Shown: positions 16,983-26,317 of the stretch, in pieces
Numbering within the stretch: position 1 is the first letter of the stretch
How the letters are laid out: every line of letters begins with the position of its first letter
DNA from: Spirochaetota bacterium
GTDB lineage: Bacteria > Spirochaetota > UBA4802 > UBA5550
Direction: 5' to 3'
DNA length: 64,000 nt
Assembly: GCA_035403465.1 (NCBI GenBank)
Contig: DAONFG010000009.1
Coordinates: 159 to 64,158 of the forward strand
Made by a program: the position numbers and the translations under genes
The notes under the pieces: model-generated
The model's database searches: none
What the model was told of the DNA's origin: nothing
The model's input: only the letters and a program-made list of their open reading frames with translations

Positions 16983-18137
16983 ATGTCTCAGAAAGATTAT
17001 ATATTCACCTCGGAGTCTGTGTCAGAAGGCCACCCGGACAAGATTGCGGACCAGATTTCTGATGCCATTCTTGACGCGCACATTTCCGGTGACAAAGATT
17101 CGCGGGTCGCACTTGAAACACTTGTAACCACAAACAGGATCATCCTTGCCGGTGAAATAACCTCGGCTGTAAGCGTGGATTACGAAAAAATCGCAAGGGA
17201 AACCGTTAAAGAGATCGGCTACAATGACCCGGATATAGGGTTTGATTATAAAAACTGTGAAGTCCAGATTTATGTTCATGCCCAGTCCCAGGATATATCA
17301 CAGGGCGTTACCGAGGGCGAGGGTCTTTTCAAGGAGCAGGGAGCAGGAGACCAGGGGATGATGTTCGGATTTGCAGTTGCCGAAACTCCCGAACTTATGC
17401 CAATGCCTATTCTTACAGCTCATAAACTCGTGAAAAAACTTGCACAGCTCAGGAAGAGCGGCGAGCTCGATTTCATCAGGCCTGACGCCAAGTCACAGGT
17501 TACAGTTCGTTATGAAAACAATAAACCCGTTGCGATTGATACAGTTGTAATATCAACACAGCATACACCTGACGTAAGCAATGAAAAAATCCGTGAGTCT
17601 GTAATTGAACTTGTAGTGAAAAAAGTTATTCCTGCTGAACTGATCGGCAGGGATATGAAGATATTCATCAATCCAACGGGCCGTTTTGTCATAGGCGGGC
17701 CCCACGGCGATACCGGCCTTACCGGCAGAAAGATCATTGTTGATACTTACGGCGGAATGGGCAGGCATGGGGGCGGCGCGTTTTCCGGTAAAGACCCGTC
17801 CAAGGTCGACAGGTCTGCCGCATACATGGGCAGGTACATAGCAAAGAATGTTGTTGCAGCAGGTCTTGCCCGCAGATGCGAGGTGCAGCTTGCATATGCT
17901 ATCGGTGTTGCCGATCCGGTTTCTGTAATGGTCGACACATTCGGTACGGGAACAATTCCCGAGTCTGAAATCGCATCAAGGATCATGAAGACATTCGACA
18001 TGAAGCCCCTTGGAATAATAAAGACACTTGACCTGAAGAGACCCCAGTTCCGGGCCACAGCAGCTTACGGCCACTTCGGAAGGGAGGATGAGGGATTCAG
18101 GTGGGAGCTCGCAGATAAAAGTGATTCTTTGAAGTGA
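16983..18137 (+). CDS. metK: S-adenosylmethionine synthetase
   Basis: 384-aa ORF with blocks [39 protein letters not shown] and TAAYGHFGR. Confidence 0.95.
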   Translation: MSQKDYIFTSESVSEGHPDKIADQISDAILDAHISGDKDSRVALETLVTTNRIILAGEITSAVSVDYEKIARETVKEIGYNDPDIGFDYKNCEVQIYVHAQSQDISQGVTEGEGLFKEQGAGDQGMMFGFAVAETPELMPMPILTAHKLVKKLAQLRKSGELDFIRPDAKSQVTVRYENNKPVAIDTVVISTQHTPDVSNEKIRESVIELVVKKVIPAELIGRDMKIFINPTGRFVIGGPHGDTGLTGRKIIVDTYGGMGRHGGGAFSGKDPSKVDRSAAYMGRYIAKNVVAAGLARRCEVQLAYAIGVADPVSVMVDTFGTGTIPESEIASRIMKTFDMKPLGIIKTLDLKRPQFRATAAYGHFGREDEGFRWELADKSDSLK

Positions 18138-18169
18138 ATATATCCGGTCTGTTTCTGAAGGTGGATTAT

Positions 18170-19711
18170 ATGCTGAATAATGGCAGAGTAAAACGGAGCC
18201 CGCACAGGAAGCTCCGTTTTACTTTAAGCAGATGGTTTAAAATATGTGCAGCGGTACTTGCTGCAGTTATTCTTTTTTCTGCGGCGGGTCTGATGGCACA
18301 GGATGTTCCTGTTGATGCTGCGTCAGGTGATGGCGGAACGCCTCTTTATTCCAGCATAAACTTTGACGGCAGGCTGCTCGCGGGTATAAACGGTGATTCT
18401 GTGGTTGCGCTCTCTCTTACCCAGGGGCTGCCCGCTTTTGCCTACCAGCTTAATTCCGATGTTGTCTACACAAACGATTTTCTTGATTACAGCAACTCCA
18501 GCTTTATAAAAAATGAAACAGGATTTACGGGCGAACTGGGGCTGGGCGATTTCTGGAAGTTTATTCCACAGTTTGAAATCGCCAACAGCACTTATGGCAT
18601 GTTTGATAATTATTATTCAAGGGAGAACAAGGACAGTATCAGCTTCAGGCTTAAAACCGAGTATAAACCGAGTCCTGACCGGTGGGACCTGGACCTGAGC
18701 TTTGCAAGGTACGATCACAGTCTCAAGGAAAAAGCCCTTGATGTTATGGACAAGGAAACCTTCTATAAAGGCCAATGCGTTCTGGGAATGGAGTATATCT
18801 GGTCCGACGCAAACAAGGCCGGGTTCATTATTGAGGGAGCGGGTTATAACTATCCTGAACTTTATGATGATGATGCCTATGTCAGCACTGAATTTTATTT
18901 CAGTTTTAAGATAACTGAATTCATGATGTCGACACTTACTTTTCCCGTGTTCATATGGAACAGGGATGGAACCAACTATTTATACGCAAAGGCGTCAGTG
19001 TCATCCATAAACCTGAAAATCGTATCCCTGGAATTTTTCCATGAGTATACACTTGAGCCGTACAGGCCGGAGGAGTTTCTGGAGCAGCAGAAATATATTC
19101 AGCCGCCCCTTGATCTCCATCCATCAAAGGTAAATCACTCGGAACTGAAGAGTGTATTTGATTTTGATTTTTCATCAGACAGCAGCTCTGCATTATCCAT
19201 ATCAGCGATGAAGCTTAAACTGAGCGGCTTTTTTGAAAACAGCAGCGATTTTATCAATTACGATCCACTTCCTGAAAATGTGCTCAGTGCTGAAACGCTT
19301 TCTGTAAAATATATCAATGCCAACGCGGAATTTGTAACAACTTTCGGTATTCTGGGACAGAAGGTTAATGTCGAATTTACTTACGATTATTACAGGTATT
19401 ACCCGGGCAATCCGGATATTAACATAACGTACAGGCCGGAAAATACTTTCGGGTTTAACCTGGTTCTGACCGGTTCTATTATGGAGATTAACTGGAGTAA
19501 TACTTACAGGGATGAGGTTTATACAGCTCCCCTGGAAGATAATAAGCTTGACGCGGTTTTATCGGGATCTCTGGATATTCATGTTAAGGTTTATGAAACC
19601 TTCTACATAGATTCAAGAATTAATAATCTTTATAATAAAAAATACTCCTACAGAGAGGGATACCCTGAGCCTGGTGTGCAGTATTATTTCGGACTGAGAA
19701 TGATGATCTGA
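18170..19711 (+). CDS. Putative outer-membrane beta-barrel protein
   Basis: I take the ATG at 18170 (GGTGG upstream) inside track ORF 18134..19711. The signal peptide is WFKICAAVLAAVILFSAAGLMAQD. The body is aromatic-rich with alternating residues. The C-terminus NNLYNKKYSYREGYPEPGVQYYFGLRMMI resembles TonB-receptor-like barrels. Confidence 0.55.
   Translation: MLNNGRVKRSPHRKLRFTLSRWFKICAAVLAAVILFSAAGLMAQDVPVDAASGDGGTPLYSSINFDGRLLAGINGDSVVALSLTQGLPAFAYQLNSDVVYTNDFLDYSNSSFIKNETGFTGELGLGDFWKFIPQFEIANSTYGMFDNYYSRENKDSISFRLKTEYKPSPDRWDLDLSFARYDHSLKEKALDVMDKETFYKGQCVLGMEYIWSDANKAGFIIEGAGYNYPELYDDDAYVSTEFYFSFKITEFMMSTLTFPVFIWNRDGTNYLYAKASVSSINLKIVSLEFFHEYTLEPYRPEEFLEQQKYIQPPLDLHPSKVNHSELKSVFDFDFSSDSSSALSISAMKLKLSGFFENSSDFINYDPLPENVLSAETLSVKYINANAEFVTTFGILGQKVNVEFTYDYYRYYPGNPDINITYRPENTFGFNLVLTGSIMEINWSNTYRDEVYTAPLEDNKLDAVLSGSLDIHVKVYETFYIDSRINNLYNKKYSYREGYPEPGVQYYFGLRMMI
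18187..18223 (+). terminator. Terminator-like hairpin just after metK, embedded in the first codons of the OMP gene
   Basis: 13-bp perfect stem agtaaaacggagc/gctccgttttact with an 11-nt loop. The U-rich 3' arm is followed by tt. Confidence 0.35.
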
Positions 19712-19751
19712 GGATTTTCCGCGGATCTGAAAAGTTTTATGCCGGTTTTAT

Positions 19752-22337
19752 GTGATTCAATCAAATCTTGTACTGGAACAGTTATTGATAATGTCAATTT
19801 ATAAGAAACCTGTAATTATTGCAGCTTCATTTGTGATAATGCTCCTCTTTTCCACGGGCGCATTCTATCTTCTTTCATCAGAGCCGTCAAAATATGAAAA
19901 CCGGATTGTAATGAAGATCGAAATGGAGGGGCTTGTCAACACTGACAGTGAAGACATTGAAGACAACCTGCAGACAGCCGAGGGATACCCGCTTAAATCC
20001 GACGAGGTGCGTGAGGACATAAAAAAGCTTTTTGCAACCGGAAAGTTCAGCAATGTCTCTGTTGAAATTGATGAGTTTGGTGAAGGTGTGACCATCAGGT
20101 TTATCTTTAAGGAGAGACCGGTTATTGAGAAAATCACCCTCAAGGGAAATGATGAAGTTATCGAAACTGACCTCCTTGACCTGATGATGGTAAAGGAGGG
20201 CGAGGTCTACAGGGAGGAACTTGTTGAACGCAGCCTTGACCGGATGCGTGAAAAGTATGACAGCCAGGGCTATTTTTCCGCTTACATAACCTATAAGACC
20301 CGGGAGGGCACTGAAAAAAACAGCATACTCCTTGATATTATCATCGATGAGGGCGAGGAGATCAAGGTCCAGAAGATAACAATCCTGGGAGCAAATAAAA
20401 TCTACATAAAAGAACTCAACCAGCTCATGGAGACCAAGGAGGATTCCCTTTTCACTGACGGCGCTTTTAAGGCCGGCATATACGAGGATGACAAGAGGAA
20501 GATTGTCGGCTACTATCAGCAGGAGGGTTACCTTGATGCGCAGATAGTTGATGAGAAGGTGGAGTACGAATGGGTCGACCCGGATGAAAAGAAGGAGCGC
20601 GGTATATTTATAGTCCTGAAATTGATTGAGGGCGATAAGTATTATTTTGACGGTCCCTATACGCTGGACATCAAGGCTGGGGAAGGGCAGGTGCTGAGCC
20701 TTGAGGAGCTGGATAACATTAAAAATTCCTTCATGCTGAAAGAGAATGGCGAGATCTTTAATAATTCCAAGTTCCTGAATGATAAAAATTCTATCGGCCT
20801 CTATTATGCATCAAAGGGTTATATATTTGCAAGGGTCGTACCGGAAAAGACAGTCACCGAAAAAGAGGTTGAGGTAGACGGTAAAAAGGAGATCAGGAAA
20901 TACGTTAAAATAAATTTCAAGGTCGAAGAGGGTAAAAAGGCATACGTTGAACAGATAATCATAAAGGGGAACAAGAAGACCAAGGACAAGGTAATCAGGC
21001 GGGAGCTTGCAGTCAAAGAGGGTGAGATTTTCGACGCCCAGAAGATGCAGATTTCCCGCGAAAAGGTGTATAACCTGGGATTTTTTAAGCAGGTGGATTT
21101 TGACGTAAGGCCCGGAACAAAAGACGGGTACATGAACCTCATTGTCGATGTCGAGGAGCAGCCTTCGGGTACGCTCTCCCTGGGGGGGGGGTACGGCTCA
21201 AATGCGGGATTCTCGATCTTCGCGGATATTACAGAAAATAATTTTCTGGGTAACGGGCAGACCGTGGGTATCAAGTTTGAGTACGGTCCTGAGAAAACAT
21301 CAATCACTCTCAGTTTCCAGGAAAGGTGGCTTTTTGATATGCCCATAGGTTTCAGCAGTTCGGTATTTTACTATATTTACAATAAAGAGACCACTTCGAT
21401 GTTCCCCGAGTCCGACGATACTGCAACTTACAAACTTCATGGGATAGGGTATTCGCTGGGCCTGAGCTACAGGTACTGGTATTATTTTGTTTCAGGAGCA
21501 TCGTGGATACATACCTTTAAAACATACACTGATCCTTCAGGCAACTGCCCTGACGAAGTGTTCGTGTATGTAGACAGCGGAGGCCAGGAGAAACGGACTT
21601 TAAAGTTGTACACATTCATCGATTCAAAGAACAACTATCTTAATCCCACCAGCGGGATCAGGACAGGCCTTAGCGTTTCATTCACAGGCGGTCTGCTCCG
21701 GGGGGATGACCATTTTATTCAGTATTCACCTGAATTCTACGCGTACTATTCCCCTTTTCATCTTCCGTTCCTTGAGAATTACCCTACTGCAATCGAGTTA
21801 AGGGCCAGCGCCGACTTTATCAAACCGCCGTTTGGCGGTGCCGGCGGCCAGAATTACGAGGATAACGAATGGGTCGAGAGTGAAGACAGGCTTGAGATTG
21901 GCGGACCCGAGACTGTAAGGGGCTGGGATTATTACGATACTGACCTTCCTGATTCCTGGAGCTATGTGGGACTTTATCACAGAATTTTATACGGTGCAGA
22001 GTTCCGGGTGCCTATACATCCCGAGATGCTGTGGGCTGTTGCTTTCTTTGATGCCGGAGCGCTCTTCTCGGACAAGTTCTGGGAAAGACAGCTGAGTGAT
22101 ACATACAAAGAGTATGTCCAGCAGGACCTTGCCAGCGGCAGGCTGAAACGCATTAATAATTTTTTTGATACGGACCTTCTGCCCTATTTTATATATTCCT
22201 ACGGGTTCGGCATCAAGGTGCAGATCCCGATGATGCCCCTGCGTTTCTGGTTCGGGAAAAAGATGATTTATGACGACGGGTTTAAAACCATAAGCGGTTA
22301 TAACTTCCAGTTTGGTATAGGCGACATGAGGTTCTGA
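19752..22337 (+). CDS. bamA: Outer membrane protein assembly factor BamA (POTRA repeats plus Omp85 barrel)
   Basis: 861-aa ORF with repeated POTRA-like units, for example I.I.GN......I. It carries the GGGYGS barrel-start motif and a terminal FQFGIGDMRF. The start may instead be the ATG at 19791 (MSIYKKPVIIAASF...). Confidence 0.9.
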   Translation: MIQSNLVLEQLLIMSIYKKPVIIAASFVIMLLFSTGAFYLLSSEPSKYENRIVMKIEMEGLVNTDSEDIEDNLQTAEGYPLKSDEVREDIKKLFATGKFSNVSVEIDEFGEGVTIRFIFKERPVIEKITLKGNDEVIETDLLDLMMVKEGEVYREELVERSLDRMREKYDSQGYFSAYITYKTREGTEKNSILLDIIIDEGEEIKVQKITILGANKIYIKELNQLMETKEDSLFTDGAFKAGIYEDDKRKIVGYYQQEGYLDAQIVDEKVEYEWVDPDEKKERGIFIVLKLIEGDKYYFDGPYTLDIKAGEGQVLSLEELDNIKNSFMLKENGEIFNNSKFLNDKNSIGLYYASKGYIFARVVPEKTVTEKEVEVDGKKEIRKYVKINFKVEEGKKAYVEQIIIKGNKKTKDKVIRRELAVKEGEIFDAQKMQISREKVYNLGFFKQVDFDVRPGTKDGYMNLIVDVEEQPSGTLSLGGGYGSNAGFSIFADITENNFLGNGQTVGIKFEYGPEKTSITLSFQERWLFDMPIGFSSSVFYYIYNKETTSMFPESDDTATYKLHGIGYSLGLSYRYWYYFVSGASWIHTFKTYTDPSGNCPDEVFVYVDSGGQEKRTLKLYTFIDSKNNYLNPTSGIRTGLSVSFTGGLLRGDDHFIQYSPEFYAYYSPFHLPFLENYPTAIELRASADFIKPPFGGAGGQNYEDNEWVESEDRLEIGGPETVRGWDYYDTDLPDSWSYVGLYHRILYGAEFRVPIHPEMLWAVAFFDAGALFSDKFWERQLSDTYKEYVQQDLASGRLKRINNFFDTDLLPYFIYSYGFGIKVQIPMMPLRFWFGKKMIYDDGFKTISGYNFQFGIGDMRF

Positions 22338-22810
22338 TGCGCCTGGTTCTGTCTTTATACCTGGTGGTCCTGGCTGCTGCGGCATGTTCCGCACCCGTTA
22401 TCTCTGACGGCGGAAGTGACGGATATATAATCCGGTATATTAATATGAATGCAATCTATAATTATGAAGTCTCAAGAAGTAATGAAGCAGTTTCCCTGAA
22501 GACTAAAAGAGAAGATATACTTAAAAAGATACGGTCAAGGGAATCTGTGAGCCCTGGAGATAATGACCGGGAGCTTGAGTATTACAGGTCGGAGCTTGTG
22601 AAGCTCGAAGAGTCCGAGAAAAAGTTAAAGACAGCCATATACGTAAAGATAAAAAAAGCTGTCGAAGCTGTTGCCGAAAGGCATGAAGTTGATTTTATGC
22701 TGGGTACGGGCGAGGGTGTTGTCTATTCGAGGCCCGTGTTTGACCTTACTTCAGAGGTAATCTCGGAGCTTGAAAAAATGAATAAAAATTCCTCCCCGGT
22801 CTGGAAGTGA
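22337..22810 (+). CDS. OmpH/Skp-like periplasmic chaperone (lipoprotein)
   Basis: 157-aa ORF with lipobox LAAAACS and a coiled-coil core. The tail VAERHEVDFMLG...VVYSRPVFDLTSEVISEL is typical of OmpH. It lies immediately after bamA with a TGATG overlap. Confidence 0.6.
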   Translation: MRLVLSLYLVVLAAAACSAPVISDGGSDGYIIRYINMNAIYNYEVSRSNEAVSLKTKREDILKKIRSRESVSPGDNDRELEYYRSELVKLEESEKKLKTAIYVKIKKAVEAVAERHEVDFMLGTGEGVVYSRPVFDLTSEVISELEKMNKNSSPVWK

Positions 22811-23505
22811 TGATGCTGCGAATGTACGCTTCAAATAAAATACTTATCACGATACTCTGCTTTATGATTTTCTTTGCAGTTCCGGGATGCAATGCCGGCA
22901 GGGAGAGGGCGCTGCAGAATGCATTTGCTTCATACAATGGAAGATTTGCCCTTGTTATTGTGAAGAAAGATTTTTCTCTCGCGGTTTATGACAGGGAGAT
23001 GAAAAGAGTTGCTCTCTACAGGGTCGGTTTCGGCAGCAACGTTGACATGAAACAGAAGCTCTATGAAGGTGACGACAGGACACCTGAAGGTGTCTACATG
23101 ATAAATGAGATCCTCAGTATGGATGCAGGACGCGAAACTGAATCATACAGAAAACTGATGAAAATGAATGAGATCTATTTCAGGGCTGCTGCGGGGTATC
23201 ACAGGTATAATAATGTTAAGGAGGACCTCGGGGATAATGCCTACGGTCCCAGGTTTTTCGGCATTAACTATCCAAATGAAACGGATGTCCAGAGGTATAA
23301 CAAAGCCCTGGCTGCAGGTTCTATCCCTTCTGTTAAGGGTAAAATTCCTGGTCCGGGCTACGGGATTGCTATCCATGGAAATAATGACGAGGAATCGATC
23401 GGCGGTCTCTGTTCAAGCGGATGTATAAGAATGTACAACAGGGATATTGTTGAACTGGAGAAATATATAACTATTTCAACACCTGTTCTTATTTTCAGCA
23501 GGTAG
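22807..23505 (+). CDS. L,D-transpeptidase (YkuD domain)
   Basis: 232-aa ORF with a signal/lipobox FFAVPGCNA and the catalytic block IAIHGN...GGLCSSGCIRM. Confidence 0.85.
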   Translation: MMMLRMYASNKILITILCFMIFFAVPGCNAGRERALQNAFASYNGRFALVIVKKDFSLAVYDREMKRVALYRVGFGSNVDMKQKLYEGDDRTPEGVYMINEILSMDAGRETESYRKLMKMNEIYFRAAAGYHRYNNVKEDLGDNAYGPRFFGINYPNETDVQRYNKALAAGSIPSVKGKIPGPGYGIAIHGNNDEESIGGLCSSGCIRMYNRDIVELEKYITISTPVLIFSR

Positions 23506-23672
23506 ATCTGACCCGGTTCTGTCGCGGTTTTGATGCAGCCGGGCCTTGACGTGGGCAATAAATCAGTTGACATAACTCTCTAATTTATTGAGGGTAGTAT
23601 AAATTATTGTTTTTTCACCGGTTTTCGGCCGGTTTTGCAATCGCAAGAAAATAAAATCAGAAGGATTATAAT

Positions 23673-23981
23673 ATGTTTGGAACAGCGGCTTATGCACAGG
23701 CACAGGGTTCGTCAGGGGCAGCCGGCGGAGGTATGGGAACAATACTACTCCTTGTGGTAACATTCGCAATTTTTTATTTCCTTTTAATCAGGCCTCAGCA
23801 GAAGAAGGAAAAAGAACGTCTGGCAATGGTTAACAGCATTCAGAAAGGCGATAAGGTGCTGACATCGGGCGGAATGTACGGTGTAGTTCAGAGCGTTAAT
23901 AATGATGTTGTTGTTCTCAAGGTGGGCACTAATACAAATATTGAATTTGTCAAGGGAGCCATACAGGCAAAAGTCTCCTGA
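23673..23981 (+). CDS. yajC: Preprotein translocase subunit YajC
   Basis: 102-aa ORF with the YajC signature FYFLLIRPQQKKEKERLAMVNSIQKGDKVLTSGGMYGVV. Confidence 0.9.
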   Translation: MFGTAAYAQAQGSSGAAGGGMGTILLLVVTFAIFYFLLIRPQQKKEKERLAMVNSIQKGDKVLTSGGMYGVVQSVNNDVVVLKVGTNTNIEFVKGAIQAKVS

Positions 23982-23996
23982 CATGGGAGTTGATTT

Positions 23997-24632
23997 ATGA
24001 AGTCGATTATTATACCGGTTGTAACTGCAGTTTTATGGATTTCGGTTGTTGCGGTAAAAGCGCAGGATAATTCGGCCGGCGATGCTGCTGACCTTTCCGG
24101 CGGTTCAGTTGTTGAAGAGGTTAAAACAGAAACCGGTTCCGGGACTTCGGATAACGGTACTCCGGTGGAAACTGTTAAAGAGGAGAAAGCTGTAGATTCC
24201 GGGACTGACAGTACACTGAAGGTCAGACAGCAGGATAAAAAAAGCAGCGGAAATAAAAATACCGCAGCAAAAAAAGAAACAGTCAGGACGCCTGTTGAAG
24301 AGGAAACAACCGGAATACAGAGCGAACCTTACAGTGGTGATCTGCTGCAGATCAATGAAGGTAATTTTAAATATAAGCGTATTCCGGACATTAAACTTGC
24401 TGACACACAGGTTGCCATGGCTACTGATCAGGCGGAAAGTGTGTCTGCCGGCAGTGATGAGGAACAGGCCGGGCAGGGATTTCTGGGGATGAGCAAAACC
24501 GCTTCAGACGTTGTTGTTAAGGGCGGAATAATATTATTCATCTTTATTATTTTTATTCTCTACAAATCCCGGATGAAGGCGCCAGGCGGCAGAAAATCCG
24601 GGCGGAAAGTTTTGAACAGCTACAGGAAATAA
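23997..24632 (+). CDS. Hypothetical protein with signal peptide, low-complexity ectodomain and C-terminal TM anchor
   Basis: 211-aa ORF. The N-terminus is IIIPVVTAVLWISVVAVKAQD, the middle is E/T/K/S-rich, and the C-terminus is GGIILFIFIIFILYKSRMK. It sits between yajC and secD. Confidence 0.5.
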   Translation: MKSIIIPVVTAVLWISVVAVKAQDNSAGDAADLSGGSVVEEVKTETGSGTSDNGTPVETVKEEKAVDSGTDSTLKVRQQDKKSSGNKNTAAKKETVRTPVEEETTGIQSEPYSGDLLQINEGNFKYKRIPDIKLADTQVAMATDQAESVSAGSDEEQAGQGFLGMSKTASDVVVKGGIILFIFIIFILYKSRMKAPGGRKSGRKVLNSYRK

Positions 24633-24650
24633 TTTTTTTAGAGGGTCTAA

Positions 24651-26306
24651 ATGACTAAGGGCATGTTTTACAAAACAATTTTTATTATCGCTATTATTGC
24701 GCTATCGGTTCTTCTGATACTTCCTACTGTAGGAACCAAGAAGATGGAGATCACACTCACGGACGCGGCTACTGCCGGAAATATTGAAACTATCAGGAAA
24801 AAGTTTTCTGAAGGCGGGTACAAGTTCACAGAAAAAGGCAAAGTGCTTACTGTTGAGGGCAGAAATATTACTGATGCCATTATGAATGAAATGAAAACAT
24901 TTGACGGTGTTGCAGATGCGAAAATTCTGAAGCACTGGGTCGAAAGAGTTTTCCTGGCTAAAAAAATAAATCTCGGGCTTGACCTCCAGGGTGGAATGTA
25001 TCTTTCCCTCCAGGCGAATTTTGACGGTATTGAGAAAAAAATAGGACGTACTCTTACCGAAGCAGACAAGACCGAAATTACCCAGCAGGCGCTCGAACTT
25101 CTCAGAAACAGGATAGACAAGTTTGGTGTTTCCGAACCCTCAATAAGGCCAAGGGGTAACGAGGCGATCGAAATCCAGCTTCCGGGTGTTAAGGATCCGG
25201 CTGGAGTCAAGAAGGCAATAGGTACCACAGGAAGTCTTGAATACAGGCTCGTTGATGACAAATATACTGAAGCAGCAGCCATGTGGTTTAAAAATAATTA
25301 CAAGGATAAACAGATTTCTGATGATCCGGAGGCACAGAAGACCCTGCTGGATGAAATATCAAAAGCTGTAGCGCTTCCTGATACTATGGAAATGCTCTTC
25401 TTCTGGGAGAGGGACAAAAATACTGGTGTTATAAAGCCGTTGTATCCCATGGCTCTGCTGAAAGAGATCGCCGTAAAAGGTACGGATATAAAAGAAGCAA
25501 CAGTGGACAGGGACGAGATGCAGCAGATAGTTGTTGCATTCAAGACCACACCGGAAGGTGCAAGTAAATTTGCCCAGGCAACTGCTCCCGAGAATAAAGG
25601 TAAGAAGCTGGCAATAGTACTGGATAACAAAATCAGGAACGCTCCGCATATCAATGAGACAATTTCATCCGGAGCAGGTAATATAAGCGGTGGTTTCGCA
25701 TATGATGAAGCCATGACCCTCGCGAGGATTATCAAGGAGGGTGCACTTCCTGTTGACCTGAAAATAGTTGAGGAAAGAACAGTCGGTCCGTCACTGGGAC
25801 AGGATTCGATAGAAGCCGGCGTGAAGGCATTTGCCATAGGTCTTATAGGTATATTTATCTTTTCGCTTGCATATTACAAACTGGGCGGTCTGTTTGCTGA
25901 CATAGGGCTGATACTCAATATCATATTTGTACTGGCGATTCTCTCACTCCTGGGTTTTACCCTGACACTGCCGGGTATTGCGGGATTCCTTCTTTCAACA
26001 GCAATGGCTGTTGATGCCAATGTCCTTATCTACGAGAGGATCAAGGAGGAGCTTAAAAAGGGTAAGAGCATCAGGATTGCCATCATAAATGGTTTTGACA
26101 GGGCGTTCTGGACAATATTCGACTCCAACCTTACAACGCTTCTTGCAGCATTTATCCTGTTCCAGTACGGTACAGGGCCAATCAAGGGATTTGCTGTTAC
26201 ACTCTTTGTGGGTATCATAGTGAGTATGTTTGTAGCTCTCTATGTGACACGTTTTGTTTACGAGCTGATCTCTCTGAATAAAAAAATGAAGAAACTGAGC
26301 TTATAA
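24651..26306 (+). CDS. secD: Protein translocase subunit SecD
   Basis: 551-aa ORF with blocks LGLDLQGG, RIDKFGVSEP and a C-terminal six-TM region with AVDANVLIYERIKEE. Confidence 0.9.
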   Translation: MTKGMFYKTIFIIAIIALSVLLILPTVGTKKMEITLTDAATAGNIETIRKKFSEGGYKFTEKGKVLTVEGRNITDAIMNEMKTFDGVADAKILKHWVERVFLAKKINLGLDLQGGMYLSLQANFDGIEKKIGRTLTEADKTEITQQALELLRNRIDKFGVSEPSIRPRGNEAIEIQLPGVKDPAGVKKAIGTTGSLEYRLVDDKYTEAAAMWFKNNYKDKQISDDPEAQKTLLDEISKAVALPDTMEMLFFWERDKNTGVIKPLYPMALLKEIAVKGTDIKEATVDRDEMQQIVVAFKTTPEGASKFAQATAPENKGKKLAIVLDNKIRNAPHINETISSGAGNISGGFAYDEAMTLARIIKEGALPVDLKIVEERTVGPSLGQDSIEAGVKAFAIGLIGIFIFSLAYYKLGGLFADIGLILNIIFVLAILSLLGFTLTLPGIAGFLLSTAMAVDANVLIYERIKEELKKGKSIRIAIINGFDRAFWTIFDSNLTTLLAAFILFQYGTGPIKGFAVTLFVGIIVSMFVALYVTRFVYELISLNKKMKKLSL

Positions 26307-26317
26307 GGAGAAGGATT

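Noticed and set aside
20819-21346. 175-aa ORF antisense to bamA
   Set aside because: Shadow ORF. Its composition is biased (S/F/L/T-rich) and it is fully contained in bamA.
24668-25837. Two long antisense ORFs (204 aa and 179 aa) opposite secD
   Set aside because: Both are shadow ORFs in the stop-poor antisense frame of a conserved gene. They have no independent signals.
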